A stretch of 64,000 nt of DNA from Schmidtea polychroa (Eukaryota), in NCBI GenBank assembly GCA_044892525.1, contig CM097885.1, positions 19,780,001 to 19,844,000 on the forward strand, written 5' to 3'. A program made the translations under genes and the position numbers. Numbering within the stretch: the stretch's first letter is position 1; every line of letters begins with the position of its first letter. The notes under the pieces were generated by a model, which saw only the letters and a program-made list of their open reading frames with translations, was not told the origin of the DNA and ran no database searches. This document shows positions 1 through 12,222 of the stretch, in pieces.

Positions 1-481
1 TTATACGAGACCGATATTTTGATTTCTTCTTTCATTACACTGTTTTCTTCAAATAGATTAAAACGTAATAAATACTCGGTCTCTGTAACAATATTTTTCA
101 ACTTATTGCAACCCATTCGTTTGGCATCTTCAATAGTTTCGAATGTTATTGTAAATGGTTTAAAATCACAACTGATATTTAATCCTTCCTTGTAAAACAT
201 ATAGCAATGCGAATCTAATATTTGATTCGGAATATGATATGTTTTATCATAATTACTGATAACAAAGATACCGCTACATGTTTTCACAATATTCCTTTTG
301 AAATCAATCTTACATTGACTATAAAATGGGAATGTGTTGTACACGAATGTAAAATCTTGCAGTGCAACTTCCCAGTCACCATTTAAAGAAATCGGATTCT
401 GGAGATTGACCATGAATTTACTGGCTTGATTGTCTGGATGAATTAATGGACAACTATTGCTCGGTAAAATAGTATAAAAAT

Positions 482-485
<4 letters not shown>
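1..485 (-). CDS. Polinton minor capsid protein (penton), 5' part, runs off window
   Basis: Manual translation NFYTILPSNSCPLIHPDNQASKFMVNLQNPISLNGDWEVALQDF matches the typical FY.tLPSNS...F...L..PI.L.G.WEVAL penton N-terminus. Its first codon is GTG overlapping the integrase stop (GTGA). Confidence 0.8.
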
Positions 486-1651
<1,166 letters not shown>

Positions 1652-1712
1652 TACAGCAAGAAGATTTAAAATTAAATTTAATGTCGGGCAATGAAGGATT
1701 AGCACCCATTGT

Positions 1713-2258
1713 TTATGATTGATTTCCTACAACTCCACCTAATAATGATAATGCCAGAGGTATCAATGCACCAATAAATCCACCTTGTTGTTTATATATA
1801 ATTTTACTCATTTGCTTACGAATTTTATTATTTACTAAAGATAACAATGGTTTCCTATGTTTGCTCAATAAATGCTTTTTTGATTTACTGATTTTAATTT
1901 TGCCTTTGACTACTTTAAGTATAATATTGAGTAAATCATCGACAACAAAATTTGGGAATGATTGCAATATATTCATTCTTTTCATACTCGGGGCCTTTAA
2001 CAATGCATTAAAAAATGGAAAACTGCGATGATTTTTAACTACTTTTTTACTGATTTTACGTTTACTGGTTTTATGTTTACTGGTTTTACGTTTAGGTTTA
2101 GGATTTTTCGAAATAAGATTCATTGCAGAAAAATTTTCAGTAACAAGTTTTTTAGATGGTGTATAACTAGTTGTTGGTGGAACTTTTGGAACTTTAATAC
2201 TCTTTCTAATACTTTTTCTTAATTTCCTAATATTTTTCACCCTTGCTTTTAGAAACAT
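1713..2258 (-). CDS. Basic virion core protein with pX/cupiennin-like C-terminal peptide
   Basis: Very Lys/Arg-rich; ends QQGG|FIGALIPLALSLLGG, resembling an adenain cleavage site followed by an amphipathic helix as in adenovirus pX. Confidence 0.7.
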   Translation of the reverse strand: MFLKARVKNIRKLRKSIRKSIKVPKVPPTTSYTPSKKLVTENFSAMNLISKNPKPKRKTSKHKTSKRKISKKVVKNHRSFPFFNALLKAPSMKRMNILQSFPNFVVDDLLNIILKVVKGKIKISKSKKHLLSKHRKPLLSLVNNKIRKQMSKIIYKQQGGFIGALIPLALSLLGGVVGNQS

Positions 2259-2276
2259 TATTATTCATAGAGGTTT

Positions 2277-2903
2277 TCAACTTTGTTTATAAACCATGGC
2301 ACCTTTTGGGTTGAAAATATCTGTTTTTACTCGTAAATCATCGGGACATTGTTGTGTGAAATCAAGAAATATATATCCATGAGGTATTTTTGTAGCATCT
2401 TGAAATGCACTGATAAGAAAATTACGATTGTTAGGGTATGCTTGACGTGCAAGAAAATCAATCACTGTTGCATCTCTAGGATTCTTGAAAATAACTAAAT
2501 ATTGTATATTTAAATTACGTGTTCGATGTGCACCACCTTGATGAAATAGATTTTGTGTTATGAAAATAACTGTTACACCAACATGTCTGCTGATTTTAGT
2601 AAATAAATTATTAAAATCCTTTTCTTTATTAGCTTCTTGATACAAATCATCGATAATAATGACATCACCTTTCTTTAATCGGCTGGACCAGTTTTTATCG
2701 AATCCCTTTACTATTTTCATGTTTTTTAATTTACAGAAACTTGATTGAGTTAATCCATGTTCTTCATCAGCACCCCTATGCCAATAAATCCTGTTGAATT
2801 TTGATTTGAATAAATTTGATTTTAGTAATTTACAAACAAATAATGTTTTTCCACTACCACTCGGACCAACGATTTGGTATACTGCATCATTTCTTAATTC
2901 CAT
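2277..2903 (-). CDS. Polinton A32/FtsK-like packaging ATPase
   Basis: Walker A GPSGSGKT, Walker B IIIDD, SRH, ITQNLF, FKNPRD, PHGYIFLD motifs. Confidence 0.93.
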   Translation of the reverse strand: MELRNDAVYQIVGPSGSGKTLFVCKLLKSNLFKSKFNRIYWHRGADEEHGLTQSSFCKLKNMKIVKGFDKNWSSRLKKGDVIIIDDLYQEANKEKDFNNLFTKISRHVGVTVIFITQNLFHQGGAHRTRNLNIQYLVIFKNPRDATVIDFLARQAYPNNRNFLISAFQDATKIPHGYIFLDFTQQCPDDLRVKTDIFNPKGAMVYKQS

Positions 2904-3002
2904 TTCAAAAATTTTATAAATGTGTATTTGTTTATATTCGATGATTTAATGAACTCGTGCTCAATTTGTATATAAAGACTAACTTTCATAAATGATTTAA
3001 TA

Positions 3003-3440
3003 ATGTTAGCAAATATAAATTATCGAGGAAATTTTGATGTATCGAATATGAGGTTTCCACCAGGGAAACCTCAGCAAATTATCGATAGAAGCGGGAAATA
3101 CCCGATAATATTTTTCAAGACTGGTAAATGTAGAATCATGGGATGTAAGAAACCCTTGGATATTAATAAATTACAATATCGAATAAATAATATTAAAATC
3201 CAATCAATTACCATTACTATGGATATGGGACATAGTATCAATCTATATAACATGTCGAAAAAATGTGATTGTATGTTTGAACCGGAATTGTTTCCGGCAC
3301 TAAGACTAATAAAATATAACCCTATATGTGTCAACGTGTTTGCTAGTGGAAAGGTTGTCATGCTGGGGTTGAGAAATTTGGAGTATAGGGAATTTGTTGA
3401 CAATGTTCGAAATGAGATAATTTCATTGGTCAATTTCTAA
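3003..3440 (+). CDS. TATA-binding-protein-like protein
   Basis: Two TBP repeats: IIFFKTGKCRIMGCK and FEPELFPAL...VNVFASGKVVMLG (compare TBP YEPELFPGL...LIFVSGKVVLTG). TATATAAA at 2969-2976. Confidence 0.85.
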   Translation: MLANINYRGNFDVSNMRFPPGKPQQIIDRSGKYPIIFFKTGKCRIMGCKKPLDINKLQYRINNIKIQSITITMDMGHSINLYNMSKKCDCMFEPELFPALRLIKYNPICVNVFASGKVVMLGLRNLEYREFVDNVRNEIISLVNF

Positions 3441-3515
3441 TTGGTTAATTTCTAATTGGTTAATGATTGTTTTAAACAATATGTTTTCTGTTTAGAAATC
3501 ATTTATTCAACAAAA

Positions 3516-3922
3516 ATGTACAACATACAAAGTTCCGCAATCACCTCAATGAAAGAGCATGCAAATTATGGTAATTTCAAATTTTTATTATTACATTAAT
3601 ATATATTTTTACAGATGAATGTCAATCAATTATCCTGCAAAGATTATGCTTCTATTATCCAGAATTAAATGAAATTCTACAAGATAGAGATCCAGCTATC
3701 ATTCCGGATTTGGTATACAACCAAACACGAATCTGGATATTCGATATAATAAACACCTTTCTATGGGATGTCAAGATAGGAAGGGTGATGAAAGAAATGA
3801 AACCAGAGGCTCCTTGCATTTTCGGATGTAGCTGCTGCAATTTCCGTTATCAACAATATGTTGAATGGTGTTTGGTGAAGACTCTGAGAAATCACCACTC
3901 GAGTCAGATTGTATCAAAATAA
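3516..3922 (+). CDS. Spliced Polinton accessory gene of unknown function (FLWDVK...CxxC...HH family)
   Basis: Exon 3516-3570, GT-AG intron 3571-3614, exon 3615-3922 in frame. Homologous to ORFs at 29698 and 33444. Confidence 0.75.
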
Positions 3923-3936
3923 ATTTTTATGTTGAA

Positions 3937-4676
3937 TTGTTTTGTTTTTGTAAATCGAAAAAATAGAAATAGAAATAATAATAGAAATAGTAATAATATA
4001 AGTAATAATAGTAATATTAGAAATAATAATAATAAAAACAATATTTATAATAAAAACATTAATGCAACATTAATGCAAATGACATACAATTTAAACAAAG
4101 ACATGCAGCAATCTGATTGGTTGATAAACATTAGTCATAGGTATAAAATCCCTTTAACATTTCATTTTAATCATAATTCACGATGACAAAGAAAATTTCA
4201 AGCACTGAAAAGCCGAAAGTTGTTCCAGAACTTGTACAACCTGTTCAAATGTTCCACAACTATAAAATGTATTTTTTAAAAGAAGAAATCAATATTGTTT
4301 TGTTTTTGTAAATCGAAATAATAGAAATAGAAATGATAATAGTAATAGAAATAGTAATAATAGTAATAATATTAGAAATATAAATAATAATAGTAATAAC
4401 AATATTAGAAATAATAATAATAAAAACAATATTTATAATAATAAAAACACTAATGCAACATTAATGCAAATGACATGCAATTTAAACAAAGACATGCTAT
4501 AATCTGATTGGTTGATAGGCATGAGTCAAAGGTATATAAACCCTGTAACATTTCAATTTATTCATTATTCACGATGACCAAGAAAATTTCAAGCACCGAA
4601 AAACCTAAAGAAATGGTACAACCAGTTCAAATGTTCCACAACTACAAAATGTATTTTTTGAAAGAAGAAATCAATA
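3937..4676 (+). repeat. Tandem duplication (~360-380 bp unit) of the promoter and 5' end of the 4574 gene
   Basis: ATTGTTTTGTTTTTGTAAATCGAAA at ~3937 and ~4294; MTKKISSTEKPK encoded at 4183 (truncated copy) and 4574. Confidence 0.9.
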
Positions 4677-4984
4677 TGAAATTGGTTGCACCCGTCAAGC
4701 TAATTCCAACTAAATTTCAATTCTTTTCCGGCACGCTTTCAATGATAGATGTTAAAACTATTGATGATGTTTTTAAACGGATAGATTCGAATCTATCGTG
4801 TAATCAACATGCCTGGTTCAACAACAGATACGCAAGATTTTACGATGCTTTTGATGAAATCGGTTTCAAAGAAAATGAAAATTGGTATATAACAATTGCA
4901 ATCCAGGGATATAAAGTTGATAATAATGATGTATATTCCCCTATTTGGAAAATTATGTCTGCTAGACTATCACAAATATTTTAA
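4574..4984 (+). CDS. Polinton accessory hypothetical protein
   Basis: ATG at 4574 downstream of CCAAT and TATA motifs; open to 4984; AATAAA follows. Confidence 0.65.
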   Translation: MTKKISSTEKPKEMVQPVQMFHNYKMYFLKEEINMKLVAPVKLIPTKFQFFSGTLSMIDVKTIDDVFKRIDSNLSCNQHAWFNNRYARFYDAFDEIGFKENENWYITIAIQGYKVDNNDVYSPIWKIMSARLSQIF

Positions 4985-5116
4985 TGTTATATTTAATAAA
5001 TGTATTAGTCATATTTGTTTTTTTTCTTCTATTTATTAATTGCAACATAAATGCAAATGCCATGCAAATTTAACAAAGAAAATCTATAAACAAACTTAAA
5101 ATATAGCTTTAAAGTG

Positions 5117-5484
5117 ATGAAAATGACTGCAGAAAAAGGTTAACATGATTAATTAAATACCGAATTATTTATTATTTAGAATTATTAATCAACTTTTTGT
5201 TGGAAAAATTAGCAGAAATAGCTGGTGTAAAAATTGAGGGCATATTATCTGTTACAAATGCATTAAATATCGGCTGGGTAGTTGAGAGTCAAGATTCAGG
5301 ATTTGACGATCAGGAAGAAACTCAAGAAACCGATACTCAAGAAATTGATGACGAAATCTATGAACCTATAGATGAACCTATAGAGGAACCTAAAGATAAT
5401 ATTACGAATGATTGTATTGATCATGTCGTTGAAAATATAATGAAATGTGGAGATGACGACTGCGAATGTGTTAATAAATTTTAG
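5117..5484 (+). CDS. Spliced acidic accessory protein
   Basis: Exon 5117-5138, GT-AG intron 5139-5179, in-frame exon to 5484 giving MKMTAEKELLINFLLEKLAE...DSGFDDQEE... Confidence 0.6.
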
Positions 5485-5602
5485 TTAATTATTGTTTGTA
5501 AATTTATTTAAAATAACTATATTAATTTTATTTAAAAAAAAAATCAAAATAACTAGATTAATTTTTTATTTAAAAATCTATTTAAAAAACAAAATAACTA
5601 CA

Positions 5603-6123
5603 TTAATTTTTATTTAAAATTCGAGATATAACATACAAAATAGCAACACCTGTTGCAAGTTTTACATAGGTTTTAAACTTCATTTTATGCTCGTCGATTT
5701 CTTTTGCATTTCGAGCGAGTTGGTTCAATACACCCCATCCGCCATTGGCTTCTATCTATGGTGTAAACTTGGACTTGATTATCTAGAAAATAAATATTAT
5801 TAAAATATAGATTATAAAAGTATTACTTCTTGAGACCACTGATAATAGTGCTCGGAGTCCCATAAACTTTTTTCTATGATGATTTTAATATAAGCAAACA
5901 CTACTATTATTCGGGTCCACTTCATCTCGTCATCACATAGACAATTAAATATCCGGTGAAAAAAAAACTTTTTTGTTTCTAGGCAATCTGACTTGAGCAT
6001 ATCTTCGTAATTGATGTGATTCCCTTCGATAATTTTTTCTGTCCGATCGACCAAGTAACTGAGGCTTTCCATGATGTTCTTGTTGATAACTTCGCTTAAA
6101 ATATTTTCAATAAAATGAGACAT
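5603..6123 (-). pseudogene. Bcl-2-family protein, spliced, with one nonsense codon
   Basis: BH1-like LCDDEMKWTRIIVVFAY; intron 5783-5826; BH2-like P*IEANGGWG (TAG at 5756-5758 where Trp is expected); C-terminal hydrophobic anchor VKLATGVAILYVISRILNK. Confidence 0.8.
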
Positions 6124-6348
6124 TTCTAAAATAATTTAAAATATAATGTTTTATTTATACTAATACCGTATGATTCTGATTGGTTGATAGACTATAAATG
6201 TAAAAGAAAGGTTTTGATTTGATACACCAGGAAAACTATATTCATATTGCTAATTATTATAACAAGTGTGTGCTAACACAATACTATAAATTTTATAATA
6301 TTCGACTATGTTTTTAGTTAACCATGATTTGTGATAGAAATTTGAAAT

Positions 6349-6459
<111 letters not shown>

Positions 6460-6540
6460 TTTGTTAATGATGAGATTCGTGTGGATCCTGATGACAGAAC
6501 TTTTGAAAGAATTTTGTTAGAAATTTTATATTTTTATTGT

Positions 6541-6589
<49 letters not shown>

Positions 6590-6689
6590 CCTTGTGAGTT
6601 GTTGAGCGTGAGCAGTACCCTTTTGAGCATTACCCATAGGGGGACAGAATATTTTGTCGGATAAACTCGGAGTATATAGATTAATAGTC

Positions 6690-6722
<33 letters not shown>

Positions 6723-6859
6723 TTCGCTTCAAAATAAGCTATGGATCGATGAAATAAGTTGATGGGGACGATAACTTTTGGCAGGCCAAATAGTAGGTCA
6801 CCGCGAGCACAAAGACATTAGAAATAATAATATTTTTAAAAATAATAATAATTATATAT

Positions 6860-7094
6860 CATTGATGAGTCATATGTATTTGTTCTCAAGTCGACCTTGA
6901 ATGCTTGATGAGTCATATGTCTTTGTTCTCAAGTCGACCTTGAATGCTTGATGAGTCATCGGATGAGTCATATGTCTTTGTTCTCAAGTTGAAAAAAAAA
7001 ATTTTTTTAATTTTTTCCGGCGGGGGGGGAGGTGTTGTAAAAAATGTCTTTGTGCTGGCGGTGACCTGTTTTCGCGGTGACCAATCCATCTACT
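6860..7094. repeat. Polinton terminal region with repeated GATGAGTCAT units and two GCGGTGACC repeats
   Basis: ~43-bp tandem unit at 6864-6990; TTTTTTCCGG-G-run; GCGGTGACC twice before the terminal TCTACT. Confidence 0.75.
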
Positions 7095-9570
7095 GACTTT
7101 CTATAACGTTTTTGCCTCTTCGGTATTCGCTCTAAAATTTATCACCCGGATGCTAGCGATTACATCCACCATCAATGTACTTCTGAAAATCGAACCATCG
7201 TCCTCAAGTCACAGACACTAGTGATAGATAATCTCTCTCTGACGGGTGGGTAAACATTTTACAACAAATTTACCAGTAGTACTCACTTTGAGCTCTAGAC
7301 AATTATCGCCAACGATAACAGTACGCGACGACCTGTAGTAGCCAGCTCATCATCAGCCGACGGGAATAGCCGATAATGTTAAAAATGAAATGATAACTTA
7401 TCGTTTCGTTGATAGGAAATGTCGAATGAATGAGTTAACAATCATTGTCCTGAGTCAACATCTTGAAAAGAAATTAGATAACAAAGTCAACTTACCCAGT
7501 GCTCTACCATGTTGTCAGTCACTTGAGATGATAAACCTGATTTCGATCTGTCTACTGCTGCTTGTCGGAAAAATCAGTTACGTAATCTATCCTACCCTGT
7601 CATAATACACACACACACTTCAGCCACTCATACATAATGCCGGTGTACAAATGAACCCACGAACTGGGCAGAACATGTTGGTGATACAACGATCACGTGA
7701 GACATGCATGTCTTCAGAAATGGTGATACGATAAGTAGGAGCGAGGAATCGGAGTTCCTCAACTCAACTAGCTACATAATCTCTTTCCATCGTACAGACA
7801 GTTACTCGAGATAACAGTTAATTCATAATTACAACTGCGACCAGTAGGATTAACACCCCCAACTAGCTAATCATAACATACAACCACGAATGAATATCTC
7901 TATGACAACCAAATACAGCGCGTAATTCAAATTAATTAGAACTCTAATTTGGTATTCAATTTTCTAACATCAATTTTACTTGTTTTATTTTATTGGCGTA
8001 GATGAAAATATGAGTGGCCATGGGTCGCCAGGGATTATAATTTCGTTTTGAAATTTTATGTATATTTATCTCGATAAAAAATCCGAGACAGTGACGGGGA
8101 AGGGGAGAGTAAAGATCTGATGAGGGGGTGAGGCCTAGATAGGGGGTATTTCTTAAGTACATCCCCCGTTCTCTTTTCACAAACGATCACATGAAGGAAT
8201 TGGAATGTTTGTAATGGAATGACTGTGAATGAGGATGGATGATGAAGTCTGTGGGTTGTTGTTGAGCGAATGATGGATGAATGGCCAACATTGTGTTCTA
8301 AAAATCGACTAACCCATTCTAACAAATGTTTCTGAATCGATATAAAACTAATTTGACTTTTTAGATGACGACATCGTCCAACCATACTAAAGAACTCCGT
8401 CCTTGCTTCTCCTGCGCCGATAAAAACGCGGACATCGCGCAGCTCCATCTGTATATCGGGGCTCTAAAGAAGCTAATTGACCTTTACGAAGGGACGTGGT
8501 TCTCCCCACCACAAATGAAGGAGGAGAGAAGCAAAATACTGCGACTAGAGCATTGCAGGGATAGCCTGCTGGAGGAGAGTCGTTGCCAACGACTCACAAT
8601 CAAAGCCCAGTCGGAAGCCCTCCACAAGGTCTATACGGAGGTAGAATCAGCCAAGCGGGTACGGGAATTTCCCGTCGTGGATGGGACAAACGTTTTCCCA
8701 CTCCACCACCAGTTATCCCGACCGTCTGCCACGAGTTGCCAAGGACATAGCTCTCATTTACCACCCGTACCAGCCCCAATCTTGTCAGGTTATTTGCCAA
8801 TGGCCGGCGGCTCGTCTGATCCCATTCTGGCCCCAGTTCTTGTGGCCTCGGTCAATACCCCGGTAGTGGAAGCTAATCAGCCATCCCGGAAACGAAGACG
8901 CCCAACTCGAGCGGCAAAGAACCAAAAGCGCAGAGAGGCGATGGCAGCCCTAGAAGCGTCGCTATCGGCGGCGAAGTCGACGATCCAGGAAATCTCTTCT
9001 ACTCATACTGTCCCCTCCAAGGAAGTTTTTCGAGTGGTACCGGCCGAAGGTATCAAATTCGTCTCAGACCACCGTCTACCGGTAGATATCGATGAAATAC
9101 TCGCGGAAGGAGACGTTTTCTAATAATACGACTTGCATCGATCCCGATTCTTTCGATCAAATGACAAATCCACCTGTACATTTAGACTAGCTAATTTTAC
9201 ATTCGTATATGTGCATTTGACTTGCATGCTGACAGTTTATGACTATAGAGTATCATTTTTGTGTTGAGCTTAATATAATTGAGTGATTTTCTTCGTTGGA
9301 TACTAATAGTTGTCGACAGGTATGACTGAGTGATGTGAGTGGATAATGAACGTGATGTAGAGTGTAGACAAATCTTATCGATGGTCGTTCCCTTGGACCA
9401 GGATCGGACCAAGTTACCTATGGGAATACGGGTAAGTCCTTCTGAGGCACCTTAGAACCTGAACCGTGAAGGGGTTAGGAGTAGTCTTAAGGCAGAGGCT
9501 CACCTGCTAACCTATTCCGACCCGTGTGGGCAGTACCAACGTGAAACATCACCACGGGCTCATGCGTGGG
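7095..9570 (-). mobile_element. Diverged, truncated relative of the giant-LTR family (copy D); boundaries approximate
   Basis: Contains the EGTWFSP ORF and a diverged terminal module (CCGTGAA, GCTCAC, CAGTACCAACGT, ACGGG) at ~9445-9570. Confidence 0.55.
8365..9123 (+). CDS. Coiled-coil/basic hypothetical protein of the giant-LTR family
   Basis: 252-aa ORF; EGTWFSP motif shared with the ORF at 49752-50147; NLS-like RKRRRP. Confidence 0.6.
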   Translation: MTTSSNHTKELRPCFSCADKNADIAQLHLYIGALKKLIDLYEGTWFSPPQMKEERSKILRLEHCRDSLLEESRCQRLTIKAQSEALHKVYTEVESAKRVREFPVVDGTNVFPLHHQLSRPSATSCQGHSSHLPPVPAPILSGYLPMAGGSSDPILAPVLVASVNTPVVEANQPSRKRRRPTRAAKNQKRREAMAALEASLSAAKSTIQEISSTHTVPSKEVFRVVPAEGIKFVSDHRLPVDIDEILAEGDVF

Positions 9571-9579
9571 AATATTCGG

Positions 9580-11992
9580 ATAATCATTATATCATATTTT
9601 GTGACAATTATTCATTTTTAGTGAACTTGTTGTGCATATCAAAGCTTCAATTATAGCATTTGTCACGACTGAGATAATGAGGCCATCCCCATGGAAGGCC
9701 GAACCGGTCAATTTGACCGGTATCTTGAAACACACAAGAAAGTCACACATAATCATCTTATATACTAGAAAATATAAAACCAAATATAATTTACACACAA
9801 CCGAAGCATTTAACAGTCATTTGGGAATGTTTTCCACAGTAAACTTTACTACATACATGGCATATAGCTCCGGATTTGTTATCACAATGAGGAGCAGAAC
9901 AAGTTTTTCGCTTCTTTAATTTTGGTTGTTCAGAACAGAGTTCAACAGAGATGGGACTTGCTGTTCGACGGCTTTTGAACTCCTCACAAAGAGATGTAGC
10001 TAATTCAAAAATAAAATCCCTTCTTTTTATAGTTGATCCCGTAGCATCTTTGAAAATAACATGAGCGTTGAGAGCTGCTTTATCAAGCAAATCATAGAAA
10101 GTAGCGACTGGCCATCTTGCTGTTGCGGCTTTACTGCTGTATAAACGCAACATGCTATCCATGGTATCTACAGCTGTCTTATCTTTGTTATAAAAGTGTA
10201 TCATTTCAGGCTTTCTCTTTTCGTCAGATCTCACACTAGCAGTAGAATGGAATGTTGACATGACAATGTCTTTCTTGTCCGATTTGCCTTGATAGGAAAC
10301 AGTGACAGTGTTTTGACACGATAAATGAGTCGATTCAAAAAGAGGCTTTTTCTCCAAGTGAGCTGATGATAAAAAGCGTGAATTTAATCTTACAGTACCA
10401 ACCAATGTTGTTCGATTTACAAGGAGATGTTCAGCTAGTGAGAGACTTGTAAAGAAATTGTCAGTGCAGACATTGTATCCTTTATTGAAAAATGGCTCCA
10501 TTAGTTTCCTTACTACAAAATCACCCAGTCGTAATCCACAGCGTTCGTTTCTATCGTGAGCCCCTAAATATGGCATTTGATTGATTACAAATTTGGTTTT
10601 GACATCACTGAGAATCCAGTATTTGATACCGAATTTATCAGGCTTATTTGGCATAAATTGGATGAAGCAACACCTATTTTTAGCGGCAAAAGTTGCTCGT
10701 CGACAGTAAGGAAGGGATTAGGAGTATAAACTTGAAGACAGTTTGAAACAAACAAGTCAAATATTTCACGAAAATGGGCATATTTATCTTGTTCTACTCT
10801 TTGACGTCGAGAACATTGTTCATCAAAACGAAGAAAGCGCAGTATCTCACGGAAACGGTTCCGAGACATGACTTCTCTGAAGTAAGGAGATCCAAATTGA
10901 GATGACCAGATTGAATTGATAGAATGTCGGCGAAAGCCTAACACACCACGGAGATACAGCAATCCAAGAAAAGCATCTAATTCTTGTAGACTGATACACC
11001 AGTCTGACGAAGCTTCTTTTCCTTTCATAATTGTGTATTTTTGAATTAACTTCAGCATTCCCTCAGAGACTATCAAGCGCCAAGCGCTCAGGAGTGAGTC
11101 AATTTTGCGCTTTGCAAAAGCTTTCACACCAGGTGTTCCACTAAAAATATTGTGCGCAGGGAATCTACCAACACTAATAGCGTGATTGTTTTCTACTCGA
11201 TTCCAAAGAGTGCCATCCCTGCTAGATAAAAGCTGATTTTCTAATGAAGAAATTGAGCTATTGACTGACTCATTGTCACTTTCTAACGAACTTCGATTAT
11301 CATCAGAGTTCCATTCATGTAACTCTTCGTCAGAATCATTTCTTTCGGGCTCATCATCACTTCCCATAGGCTGATCTTCATCTTCGGAGAGAGCAGCGTC
11401 AATATTCCATAGCTTCTGTAAAGCACGTTGAGCAGCAATTCTTTTAGTTGGCATATTTGATTCTAAAATAATGATAAAAACTCCGTCAGTAAAATAAGAA
11501 ACGTCAAATTTATTATTGGATTCTAATGAAAACACGGTTTTATAATGTTTGTTATCCCAAGAAGTTCAAAGATTTTCTATAACAATTATTAGATATTGTC
11601 TTATGACATTTCGTTAAGTTTTTCGTTTGATTCTTTTAATTTACCAAATTTCAAAACTTAGAACTCTTAATGCTTGCTTAATTACACTTTTAATAAGCAC
11701 TATCTTTGAATAAAAGCAAGAGAATATTTATAAACAAGAAATGTTTAAAATAGTGTAGCTTTGTGTCAGCTAAACAAATATTTTTATTTCATTGTTGTAA
11801 GTAGTTTAATAAATTAACTACTGTTAGAATAAAAATAGTTAAATTTTGAAAGCGTGTTAGTAGCACAAAGAAAGTATTGCTAGATGAGTTGCATCATAGA
11901 AATCTCAGCATGAAAATAAGGAGCATATGTGCACCGGTCAAATTGACCGGTTTGGCCTTCCAAGGTATAAAATATTTCCGGCCGTCCTAGTG
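9580..11992 (-). mobile_element. piggyBac DNA transposon 1, left end missing
   Basis: Ends CCTAGTG-TTAA (11993-11996). Internal palindromic repeat ACCGGTCAA(A/T)TTGACCGGT at ~9703 and ~11933. No matching TTAA-CACTAG found on the left. Confidence 0.85.
9791..11454 (-). pseudogene. piggyBac transposase (PGBD4-like), frameshift near 10680
   Basis: MSRNRF, TVDEQL, MPNKPDKFGIK, TDNFFTS, AVDTMD and C-terminal Cys-rich domain, split over two frames. Confidence 0.92.
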
Positions 11993-12222
11993 TTAAGATG
12001 AGTCCACTTATGTTTTTCTCTCGTCCAATTTATTACCCTCATTTCTCCCGTGATATTTTTGACGGCCAGTACGTTGAAGTTCTTAGTCAATCGGCCGTCG
12101 TTACTAATTAACTTTATGGTCACTGGAGTAGCCATCATTTGTTGGACATTACCGCCGATAACCCCTATCGGTGTCCTCTTTTCAACCCCTTTTAAACCAA
12201 GCTCCTTTAAAATTCTTAAATT

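Noticed and set aside
3071..3433. Antisense ORF to the TBP-like gene (and similar shadows at 8056, 12050, 49522, 59933)
   Set aside because: Shadow frames of better-supported genes.
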